DNA from: Ferroglobus placidus DSM 10642
Lineage (GTDB): Archaea; Halobacteriota; Archaeoglobi; Archaeoglobales; Archaeoglobaceae
Direction of reading: 5' to 3'
Assembly (NCBI RefSeq): GCF_000025505.1
Contig: NC_013849.1
Location: 1,050,001 to 1,082,000, forward strand
Length of the DNA stretch: 32,000 nt
Shown here: positions 24,709-32,000 of the stretch, piece by piece
Layout of the letters: every line of letters begins with the position of its first letter
Position numbering within the stretch: position 1 is the first letter of the stretch
Translations under genes and position numbers: made by a program
The notes under the pieces: generated by a model
What the model saw: only the letters and a program-made list of their open reading frames with translations
Database searches by the model: none
Told to the model about the DNA's origin: nothing

Positions 24709-25152
24709 CTAAATCACCGTAGGAGTTAAGCTCAAAGTTAAAACGATCGCTCCGGCAATCAAAATTCCGAGGTAAATAAAGATTACAGCTTTAAAAGGGT
24801 TCATCTTAAGCAGAAAGGCTATCAGAGTTCCCGTCCACGCGCCAGTTACTGGCAGAGGAATGGAGACGAAGAACGTAAGTCCGAGGTAGCCGTACTTTTC
24901 GACGACGCCCTTCCTTTTCTCAGCTAAGCTAACGCATTTTACGTAAATCTTTCCAACAATAGGCATTACTTCGATCAGCTTTTCTATCCTGTTCAGAACA
25001 AAAAGAATTATTGGAACGGGAACCATGTTTCCAAAAACGGCAAGGAGATAAGCTTCAAGAGGAGGATAGCCGAAGTACAAAGCGAGAGGAATTCCACCTC
25101 TCAGCTCTGAGATTGGGGATGCAGAAGTTAGAATTACGAGGAGTTCCTTCAA
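24709..25152 (-). CDS. small membrane protein of the putative 'small multidrug export' (COG2426-like) family
   Basis: It carries SELRGGIPLA...GNMVPVP and has 4 TM helices. The start overlaps the upstream stop by 4 nt. Confidence 0.7.
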   Translation of the reverse strand: MKELLVILTSASPISELRGGIPLALYFGYPPLEAYLLAVFGNMVPVPIILFVLNRIEKLIEVMPIVGKIYVKCVSLAEKRKGVVEKYGYLGLTFFVSIPLPVTGAWTGTLIAFLLKMNPFKAVIFIYLGILIAGAIVLTLSLTPTVI

Positions 25153-26027
25153 CCTCTCACCTTTTCAATCGCCTTTACTGCCCTCCATAAAAAACTGTTG
25201 TAACACACGTCGAGCCCTCTCTTCTCACCTTCTTTGACTATAACTCCGTTTATGAAGTCTATTTCCGTCTTCCTCCCCTTCATAACGTCTTGAAGCATGG
25301 AAGAGATGTTTTCCGCCGTTTTCTCAGCCACGATTTTAACAGCTTCCACGGCGTTAATCTCGTAGCCAACTTCTCTTGCCACTTCTTCGGACTCCTTAGC
25401 AGTCTTCTTAGCGATCTCCCAGAGAAATTCGTTTCTCAAAATCTCCCCGTTTTTCACTCTAAATATGGCTGTTATCGGATTTATCACGGAATTCACCACC
25501 GCCTTCTCCCAGATCTTCTCTTTTATGTCCTCAACGACCTCAACGTTTATTCCCGAGTCTTTCAAAACTCTTTCAACCTTCTCAATTCCCTTCCCTTTGA
25601 ATTCTCCGATGTAAGTCACTCCTTCTCCGGCGAAAACGACAACTCCAAAGTCCTTTAAGTTTGCTCCGTAAGTAGTTACCCCTCCAACCACGTTATCCAA
25701 ATGCTCAGCCAGAATCTCCTCGTTTCCTATTCCATTTTGCAAGCTGCAAACGACTCCCGGATCTACTTTAGCCAGCGACTTTGCAGCTTCCTCAGTATCG
25801 TAGGCTTTCACGGTTACGAAAGTAACGTCCGCATCCACGGCTTTATCGCTCACATCTACTTTCAACTCCATTTTTCTCAACCCTTCGACCCTCAGAGATT
25901 TTTTTAAAGCTTCGAGCTGCTTTCCCCTCGCGACGAAGTGAACTTCGAAGCCGGCATGCTGAATTAAAGCTCCGAATAGAGATCCCAAAGCACCCGCCCC
26001 GAAAATCTGCACCTTAAAAGAACTCAC
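25149..26027 (-). CDS. panE: 2-dehydropantoate 2-reductase (ketopantoate reductase family)
   Basis: The N-terminal Rossmann motif is IFGAGALGSLFG, and the length and blocks are ApbA/PanE-like. The start is GTG 26027, overlapping polD by 14 nt, or GTG 26012. Confidence 0.8.
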   Translation of the reverse strand: MSSFKVQIFGAGALGSLFGALIQHAGFEVHFVARGKQLEALKKSLRVEGLRKMELKVDVSDKAVDADVTFVTVKAYDTEEAAKSLAKVDPGVVCSLQNGIGNEEILAEHLDNVVGGVTTYGANLKDFGVVVFAGEGVTYIGEFKGKGIEKVERVLKDSGINVEVVEDIKEKIWEKAVVNSVINPITAIFRVKNGEILRNEFLWEIAKKTAKESEEVAREVGYEINAVEAVKIVAEKTAENISSMLQDVMKGRKTEIDFINGVIVKEGEKRGLDVCYNSFLWRAVKAIEKVRG

Positions 26028-29000
26028 TTATCTTCACCTGCCTCTCAAGTTCGCTTTCGAAGAGGGACCTTATTTCCACTTCAATCAGCTTCAGCCTCTG
26101 CCTCGTGTAATCGCTCACAGCATATTTTTCAGCGAGATCCTTGCTAACGTTCAAATACTTTACAATACCTCCCTCGTGAACCGTCAACACTATTTTTCCT
26201 CCGCACTTACACTTACCGCTGAGGGGAACCCTTCTGAACTTCTGATTGCAGTCTATGCATCTGAACTCCTGCCTCGAGAAGGCTCTGAGGTTTCCTATTA
26301 TGTCCGGGAGGAAGTGGGATGTTATGACTCTCTCAGCCACGTCGTTCTCGTCAACAGCAGCTATTTTCTCAGCCAGCCCCATCTGAGCTTTAACTTTACT
26401 CTCCATAGATTCGAGGCTCTTGTAGGAGCTTTCCTTAACTCCTAAAGCGATATCTTCCGTGTCGTGGGTGAACTTCAGTCCATAATACTTGCTTTCGTCT
26501 TTCAACCTATCCTCAACCCTTTCAATGAGGTCCGCTACATCCTTAGGAGAGGCAAACCTTAAAGTAGCTTCGTAGAATTCGAGGGGGTACCTTTCGACTA
26601 TGTCCATGTTGTGCACTTCTCCATCCACTTCTTTCGGATCGAGGATTGTCGTTAGAACGAGAGGAGCGTCCATCTGTCCTCCTCTCTTCTCGGGCAAGAA
26701 CTCCCTCGAGAAGTTCAGCAATCCGTCCAAGAGGAGCATTACGCAGTCCTCATCCCCGTCGCAGTTTCTCCTCTTGGCGGCGTGGAAGTAAGGATGAGCG
26801 TATCCGGCGTTGACGTCTGCTATACCTATAACCCTTCCGAGAACGCCGGAAGAAGTGTGAGGAGCTAACCCTATAACGAGGTGTCCAATCAAATCTTCCT
26901 CCTTTTCAACGTTATAAAAAGGATCCAATCCGTAAAATCTGACGAGTAGATCGTCTATGAACTTCGCAACTTTCACAAGGTATTTAGCAGCCTTCTTCGA
27001 AAGAATTATGTCCTGAGGTTTCAGCTCCACGATCTGGTCTTCCCTCTTCAGCTCATTCCCTTTGTAATCGTACTTGTATCCGAGCTCTCTGAGCTTCTCA
27101 ACGCTAACCCCTATTTCCTTCGGCTTGAAGTGCGTTATCGGCAAATCAGTCATGTCGTATCTGATAGTTCCATCTTTAAACACGCTAACTCCGTGGAAAG
27201 CTCTCAGAATTCCCTTTTCAAGTCTTTCCGCAAATTTGTTCTTGGATGTTAAGCCTATAACACCTTTAACAACCCCCTCAGCATTGAGTTTCAAATTGTT
27301 CTTGGCATTCTCGTAAAGCTCCTTTATGTTTATCCTCCAGGTTTTGTATCCTTTCGTCTCGATTCTACAGCTCTTGCAAACTTCCGACTTCGTTTTACTT
27401 CCGCATCTCGGGCATTGGTAGATTTGCTCCGTCAAACCTCCGCACTCACATCTTAACCAGAAAGTTTCTCTTCCGCACTCCTTGCAAATTCTCAGAGAAA
27501 GCTCGACTTCTATAACTCCCTTCTCTCCGTTTCCTTTGTACTCCATAGCCGTCTTAATGTCTCTCTGCTTCCCCCCAGCCAAGCCAACCGGAAATAGAAC
27601 GTGCGGTGGAGGTCTCATTTCCCTCTCTTTCGATTTCTCCGGACGCCCCATTCTCGCCCCTATTCTCGTAGGAGCTTTCGCCCTCACATCCAAACCGGAA
27701 ACTTTCCTTACGAACTCTAAACCGTCCTTCGCTTTTTCACAGCTCTTAACAACTTTCAGGTTCTCGTCCAAGCCTAAACATCTAACAAAAACCTTCCACT
27801 GCTCTATAACGATTCTTCCATTTCTAACCTTGTGGGGAAGCAGAATTTTCTCGAGAATTTCTTTTCCTTTTTCATCAATTTCCAGCGTTAAGCAGCTCTT
27901 CCCGTACTTCCCTTCCACCTTCCCCTTGCTAACCCACTCCTGCAAGTACTTGGCTTCTTCGAAGCTTATATCGTGCCAGAGGTAAGTGTAGTCAGGATGA
28001 AGCGGAACTCCGTACTCGTCGCACAGCTTCAAAGCCTCATCTTCGCTTATCTTCCTGTAATCTTTTTTCGGCAGAACTTTTTCAACTTCCTGAATCCACC
28101 ACTCGTAAACGTAAGATGAAGGAACGAGGGGGTGGTTGTTCTCAAGAAAATCTCCGAAGTTTATCAGAATCTCTCCGAGATCGAGTATTTTCTCCACCTG
28201 ATCCTTTATCGCCAAAGCCTCCTCGTAGCTATCAACTCTGAGAACGTCTCCGTTCTTTAATCTTACAGTCGGTCCTTCGATGCTCGTCACCGGCACGGCA
28301 CTCCCAGCTTTCCCCGGACGTTCTACTTTCAGCTGAGTTCCTATAGCTATGAATCCGTCCGTTAAAACCATCGTAGCCGGGTTTATGCCCACTGTAGCAA
28401 ATCCAGAGTTTCTCGCTCTTCCGTAGCGAAGTCTGAAACCACCTTTTCTCGAAGGGTGAGAAAAGACCGGTCGTCCGGCAACTATGTCCGAGAGATACTT
28501 ATCGTTGGGCTTTACGACTGCTTCCTCCTCATCTTCCCCTCCTTTGTTTATAAGCTCGTCCAGCCATTCCCAGCCGTCTATTCCTATGCTTTCCACTATC
28601 TTTTTCAGCTTTGGAGCTTTTAGCGCAATTCCCTCAGCTATAACTAAAGCCATTCCTCCCCTAACTCTGTTGGTCTCCACCCTCGGCAAGTTTCTGTATC
28701 CGCTAACTTCCACGTCCTCGGTAGGCTCGCCGTCTATGCAGACGGGACAGTTGGAAACTATCAGCCTGATTTCCTTGTCGCTCGGCAAGTACTGCAGATT
28801 TGCAACTTTCTTGTAGAGGGGAATTTCCTCGCAGTACCTCAAAATCTCCTCTTCAGTTGGTTTGTACCTATCCAATCCAAGTAATCTTCTCGCGTAATCG
28901 CCTACCAAAACAGAGATGACTTGGGCTGTTCCTCCAGCACTCCTTATCGGTCCGGCGTAGTATATCTTCAAGAATTCTGTTCCGTCGAAGTTTTTATCTA

Positions 29001-29442
29001 TTCTAACCTTAGCTATCCCCTCTATGGGAGCCGCAACGACTCCTTCGGTTTGAATCGCAACAGCAGCTCTAACCGCTTTATCCAGCGCCTCCTCTCTGCT
29101 GAAATTTCCAAATTCTCCTTCTATTATGCATTTCGCTATTTCAAAACAGATTTTTTCTCTCGAATAACCTTCCTCCTCAAGCTCGACAATTTTTTTGGCT
29201 ATCCCATCTATTTTTAAAAGCTTTTCAACTCTCTCAGCCATGTTTTTTGCGACGGGAATTTCCACTTCCGTAAACGGGTCCAATCCCAAAGCCCTCGCTT
29301 TTTTAGCAATTTCGTAAGCCTTCTCAACTTCTTTGAGAAGTCTCTCGTGGTACTCTCTAAGCTCCTGAGAGAACTTTACGAACTCCTTATTTTCCTCCTC
29401 CTTATCGAAAAGGGGGAAAAATTTGTCGAGAGTTACAATCAT
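26014..29442 (-). CDS. polC: DNA polymerase II (PolD) large subunit DP2
   Basis: A 1142-aa protein with multiple Zn-finger CxxC pairs. It has the double-psi beta-barrel catalytic region typical of DP2. The conserved N-terminus is FxxYHERLLKEVEKAYEIAKKAR, and no intein is present. Confidence 0.95.
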   Translation of the reverse strand: MIVTLDKFFPLFDKEEENKEFVKFSQELREYHERLLKEVEKAYEIAKKARALGLDPFTEVEIPVAKNMAERVEKLLKIDGIAKKIVELEEEGYSREKICFEIAKCIIEGEFGNFSREEALDKAVRAAVAIQTEGVVAAPIEGIAKVRIDKNFDGTEFLKIYYAGPIRSAGGTAQVISVLVGDYARRLLGLDRYKPTEEEILRYCEEIPLYKKVANLQYLPSDKEIRLIVSNCPVCIDGEPTEDVEVSGYRNLPRVETNRVRGGMALVIAEGIALKAPKLKKIVESIGIDGWEWLDELINKGGEDEEEAVVKPNDKYLSDIVAGRPVFSHPSRKGGFRLRYGRARNSGFATVGINPATMVLTDGFIAIGTQLKVERPGKAGSAVPVTSIEGPTVRLKNGDVLRVDSYEEALAIKDQVEKILDLGEILINFGDFLENNHPLVPSSYVYEWWIQEVEKVLPKKDYRKISEDEALKLCDEYGVPLHPDYTYLWHDISFEEAKYLQEWVSKGKVEGKYGKSCLTLEIDEKGKEILEKILLPHKVRNGRIVIEQWKVFVRCLGLDENLKVVKSCEKAKDGLEFVRKVSGLDVRAKAPTRIGARMGRPEKSKEREMRPPPHVLFPVGLAGGKQRDIKTAMEYKGNGEKGVIEVELSLRICKECGRETFWLRCECGGLTEQIYQCPRCGSKTKSEVCKSCRIETKGYKTWRINIKELYENAKNNLKLNAEGVVKGVIGLTSKNKFAERLEKGILRAFHGVSVFKDGTIRYDMTDLPITHFKPKEIGVSVEKLRELGYKYDYKGNELKREDQIVELKPQDIILSKKAAKYLVKVAKFIDDLLVRFYGLDPFYNVEKEEDLIGHLVIGLAPHTSSGVLGRVIGIADVNAGYAHPYFHAAKRRNCDGDEDCVMLLLDGLLNFSREFLPEKRGGQMDAPLVLTTILDPKEVDGEVHNMDIVERYPLEFYEATLRFASPKDVADLIERVEDRLKDESKYYGLKFTHDTEDIALGVKESSYKSLESMESKVKAQMGLAEKIAAVDENDVAERVITSHFLPDIIGNLRAFSRQEFRCIDCNQKFRRVPLSGKCKCGGKIVLTVHEGGIVKYLNVSKDLAEKYAVSDYTRQRLKLIEVEIRSLFESELERQVKISEFF

Positions 29443-29504
29443 CGTAGGTACTTTTCTCTTCTAAATTAAGCTTTATCTCTCGAAACTTTGATATTTTGCT
29501 TTGT

Positions 29505-30116
29505 TTAATATTTTGAAGCGATATGTATCGCTTTTTCAATCAAAGCCTCGATTCCTTTCCTCCCGCTGAAGATTCTTCCGTGCCCTGGAAGTACGAATTC
29601 GAGCTCAAGCTCCATCACTTTTTCGAGAGACCTTATCAAATTTTCTCTGCTCCCGCCAACCAAGTCCCACCTTCCGGGAACTCCGTTTTCGAAAAACAAA
29701 TCACCGGTTATCGCAGCAGAGTATTCCGGAATGTAAAAAGTGAGGCTTCCTTCGGTGTGTCCGGGAGTTTCCAAAACCTCTATTCTTATTCCGAAGTCCA
29801 CGATTTTCGGCATCTCAAAATCCGGCTTTATGTTGAAGTGGTGACTCCTCCTCTCTTTTTCGCTGTACGAAATTAGAGCTCCTTTTCTTAAAAACATGGG
29901 AGCGCTTTCGATGTGATCCTTGTGTAAATGCGTTGCAAATACGTAATCAACCTCCTCAATTCCATCGTTCCTCATGAGTCCGAAGAGGTTCGTGTAGCTC
30001 TTGTAACTCCCCGGATCAATTATTATCGTGGAATCTCCTTTGATAATGTAGGCATTGGAGCAGTCGCTGAAAGCAGAACCCCACACGTAAGCGTAAACAC
30101 CTTTGAATATCTCCAT
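29505..30116 (-). CDS. metallo-beta-lactamase fold hydrolase
   Basis: The HLHKDH (HxHxDH) motif is present, with downstream TPGHTEGS and PGHG. Confidence 0.85.
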   Translation of the reverse strand: MEIFKGVYAYVWGSAFSDCSNAYIIKGDSTIIIDPGSYKSYTNLFGLMRNDGIEEVDYVFATHLHKDHIESAPMFLRKGALISYSEKERRSHHFNIKPDFEMPKIVDFGIRIEVLETPGHTEGSLTFYIPEYSAAITGDLFFENGVPGRWDLVGGSRENLIRSLEKVMELELEFVLPGHGRIFSGRKGIEALIEKAIHIASKY

Positions 30117-30199
30117 CGTAAGAAGCAGAGTTGAAGAGAATAAAACGTTTACCCCAAAAAAGAAAGTTATTTTTACCTAACGTAAGTAAGAGTACTTGA

Positions 30200-30586
30200 A
30201 TGTACGAGACTCTAAACGTTTCGATATTCAAAGTCCTGAGCGATCCAACGAGGGTCAGAATTCTACTCGCTTTAATGGAGAGAAGCATGTCCGTACTTGA
30301 ATTGGCAGATCTACTGAATTTAGATCAGCCCCTCGTTTCTTACCATCTCAAGCACCTGAAAAAGTACGGAATCGTAGACGTTAAAAGAGTGGATAAGTAC
30401 CACATATACTCCGTAAATTCCGAGAAGAAGAGAGTAATAAACCTGCTGCTAAAAACCTGCAAAGAGGGAGATGTTGTCGAGGACATACTTTCCGAACTTA
30501 GAAATGAGCTGTCAAAATACGTGGGAGACAGGATGGCAAACACGCTTATTGAAAACTTCAAAAAGAGACTGCAGGAAAAACTATGA
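30200..30586 (+). CDS. ArsR/SmtB-family winged-helix transcription regulator
   Basis: FKVLSDPTRVRILLALMERSMSVLELADLLNLDQPLVSYHLKHLKKYGIV is the canonical ArsR HTH. Confidence 0.85.
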   Translation: MYETLNVSIFKVLSDPTRVRILLALMERSMSVLELADLLNLDQPLVSYHLKHLKKYGIVDVKRVDKYHIYSVNSEKKRVINLLLKTCKEGDVVEDILSELRNELSKYVGDRMANTLIENFKKRLQEKL

Positions 30587-31419
30587 AATTAATACTGCTT
30601 TTTGGTGCACTTATTTTTCTTTTAGCGTCTTTTTTGTTAACGAATTCGGACATTTATTTTGAGGGAGGTACGATCAAAAATCAAATCGGTGAACATTACG
30701 GATTAAACGAGATATACGTTCACTACTACTCAGGTTTTTTTAACTTCCTAATTTGTACAACCTCAGCGCTCATAATCGTTATTGCCGAAAGGAGAGCAGA
30801 AATAGGAGGTTGGAATTACGTCGCTTCTGGAATATTTTTTAATGGTCTCGTCGGATTTGGCGAGGTTGCAGAGCACTTCTTTAAACCCTTTTTGCACGAC
30901 TTCTTCCACTACTTCCACATTTATTCCGGATTTTTTAGCCTACTTCTTCTATACTTGGGAGTAAAACTAATTCTCTCCTCGATAGTTGGAAACAACATTT
31001 CCGAAAGAAAATCGATTATCGCCGCAAGCCTAATACTCCTACTCTTTTTATCTCTCCTAACCTCAGTAAAAACAACCGAAAAGTGGGATCCTCGATTTGA
31101 AATTCCTGTGATGTCAATTCTTTTGATTCCCACAATTCTCCTGACGATCCTTTTAGTTTACGACGCCTACAAAATTTTTCAGGAATCCGGCTTTGTAATG
31201 GTAACTCTAACGTCTTTTGCAGTGTTCGCCATGCTTTTACAGCTCGTAATAATTCTCGGGAGAATTTCGGATATAATGGGAAACGCTTACTTTTACACGA
31301 TAACGCACTCGATACAAGATCTCCTCCACGTAGCCTCTGCAACAAATGCCCTCATATTTGCCGTAACTTTAAACATGACATTTAAAAAGATAAAAAGCGT
31401 CGAAGAGATTATACTTTAA
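30583..31419 (+). CDS. polytopic membrane protein with a His-rich segment, unknown function
   Basis: The start overlaps the ArsR stop as ATGA. It has about 7-8 TM helices. The segment EVAEHFFKPFLHDFFHYFH (30874-30918) holds four His plus Glu and Asp. Confidence 0.65.
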   Translation: MKLILLFGALIFLLASFLLTNSDIYFEGGTIKNQIGEHYGLNEIYVHYYSGFFNFLICTTSALIIVIAERRAEIGGWNYVASGIFFNGLVGFGEVAEHFFKPFLHDFFHYFHIYSGFFSLLLLYLGVKLILSSIVGNNISERKSIIAASLILLLFLSLLTSVKTTEKWDPRFEIPVMSILLIPTILLTILLVYDAYKIFQESGFVMVTLTSFAVFAMLLQLVIILGRISDIMGNAYFYTITHSIQDLLHVASATNALIFAVTLNMTFKKIKSVEEIIL

Positions 31420-31990
31420 CTTCTTCGAGTAGCTTTTCCAAATTTTCTGCGTCCAACTCCACAAATCTCTTCGTCAGCCTTGCAACTCCGACATAGAAAG
31501 GCTCTTTCGATTCAGCTTCAACAACTTGACAGAATTTTGGTACCCACTGCAATATGTGTTCTCGCAAAAATCTCATCTCCAGTTCCAAAAATTCTCTCGC
31601 TTTTTCAGAATCTTTTCCCCACGCTTCCATTTCCTTGTAGCAAAGGAGTGACATGAACTTCAACTCCACTCCTATGTAATCCTGCGGACCCTCCTCTTCC
31701 TCAATTATTCCAAATCCGGCTTCGCTGTAAAATTTCATAACCGCCAACGTCGTCTCTCCCATAACCCTTTCTTCTCCTCTGTAAACGGATTCGTAAGGCG
31801 GAGGGGGACTGTAACCTTTTTTAATACCCCTGAAGAGCCTCGTAAATTCTACTGCCAGCCTTTCAGATAGATCATCGAGGTCGTCATCAAGGCTACTCTT
31901 AATTAACTCGATCGCATCGGAAAACTCTTCTACATTCTCAGGAAGCTTTTGCTTTAATTCTTTAAGAAACTTCTTATCAGGTTTTTTCAA
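31409..31990 (-). CDS. TorD/DmsD-family redox-enzyme maturation chaperone
   Basis: EFTRLFRG...PPPPYESVY is the family signature. The listed start is TTG, and the frame stays open to the window edge, so the true start may lie beyond 32000. Confidence 0.7.
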   Translation of the reverse strand: MKKPDKKFLKELKQKLPENVEEFSDAIELIKSSLDDDLDDLSERLAVEFTRLFRGIKKGYSPPPPYESVYRGEERVMGETTLAVMKFYSEAGFGIIEEEEGPQDYIGVELKFMSLLCYKEMEAWGKDSEKAREFLELEMRFLREHILQWVPKFCQVVEAESKEPFYVGVARLTKRFVELDAENLEKLLEEVKV

Positions 31991-32000
31991 GTAAAAATCG

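Noticed and set aside
27482-27985. A 167-aa plus-strand ORF (and several shorter ones) inside polD.
   Set aside because: These are Ser/Pro/Leu/Phe-rich antisense shadows of the DP2 gene.
26014-29442. A possible intein or mobile insertion in the polD large subunit.
   Set aside because: The length (1142 aa) is that of an intein-free DP2. The sequence reads continuously, with no intein splice-junction or homing-endonuclease blocks.
1-32000. CRISPR arrays, tRNA/rRNA genes, C/D-box sRNAs, and IS elements or transposases.
   Set aside because: I found no regularly spaced direct repeats. There are no GC-rich islands of the kind structural RNAs form in thermophiles. No convincing RTGATGA...CTGA pairs lie in intergenic DNA; the TGATGA hits are inside CDSs or are SD sites. 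No transposase or integrase ORF is present.

Overview
This is an archaeal chromosomal window. The evidence is a DNA polymerase D large subunit, an archaeal tRNA-splicing endonuclease, GGTGAT-type Shine-Dalgarno sites and Glu/Lys/Ile-rich proteins. The overall look suggests a thermophilic euryarchaeon of the Archaeoglobus/Ferroglobus kind, but I cannot verify that without a search. I see about 37 genes and no rRNA, tRNA, CRISPR array or recognisable IS element.

(1) Positions 1-4886 are an accessory patch that looks AT-richer by eye. It holds a secreted enzyme of the Zn phospholipase C / P1 nuclease fold, tightly followed by a small membrane protein. It also holds a paralogous secreted-protein gene broken by a frameshift and several in-frame stops, a VapB antitoxin with a 62-aa mini-PIN, and a second decayed PIN gene.

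(2) Positions 4887-13365 are a nine-gene minus-strand cluster: SDR, an unannotated 46-aa Zn-ribbon ORF, tungsten-type aldehyde:ferredoxin oxidoreductase, 4x[4Fe-4S] protein, FAD/NAD oxidoreductase, a MoaD-like domain fused to a SAM methyltransferase, phenylacetate-CoA-ligase-like enzyme, isochorismatase-family hydrolase and a family III CoA-transferase. Its two promoters share a TTACA-N-TGTAA palindrome just downstream of the TATA box. I consider this cluster, especially the AorABC-like module and the MoaD-GG-methyltransferase fusion, the most interesting system here.

(3) The rest is mostly housekeeping. It contains endA, a three-gene ABC exporter operon, a tRNA-binding OB-fold protein next to a HEPN/MNT toxin-antitoxin pair, and one sucCD-sdhABCD operon. 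It also contains a radical SAM gene, a polD(DP2)-ketopantoate reductase-membrane protein operon, an MBL hydrolase, ArsR with a His-rich membrane protein, and a TorD-like chaperone at the right edge.

All function calls come from motif recognition by eye. No database search was possible.
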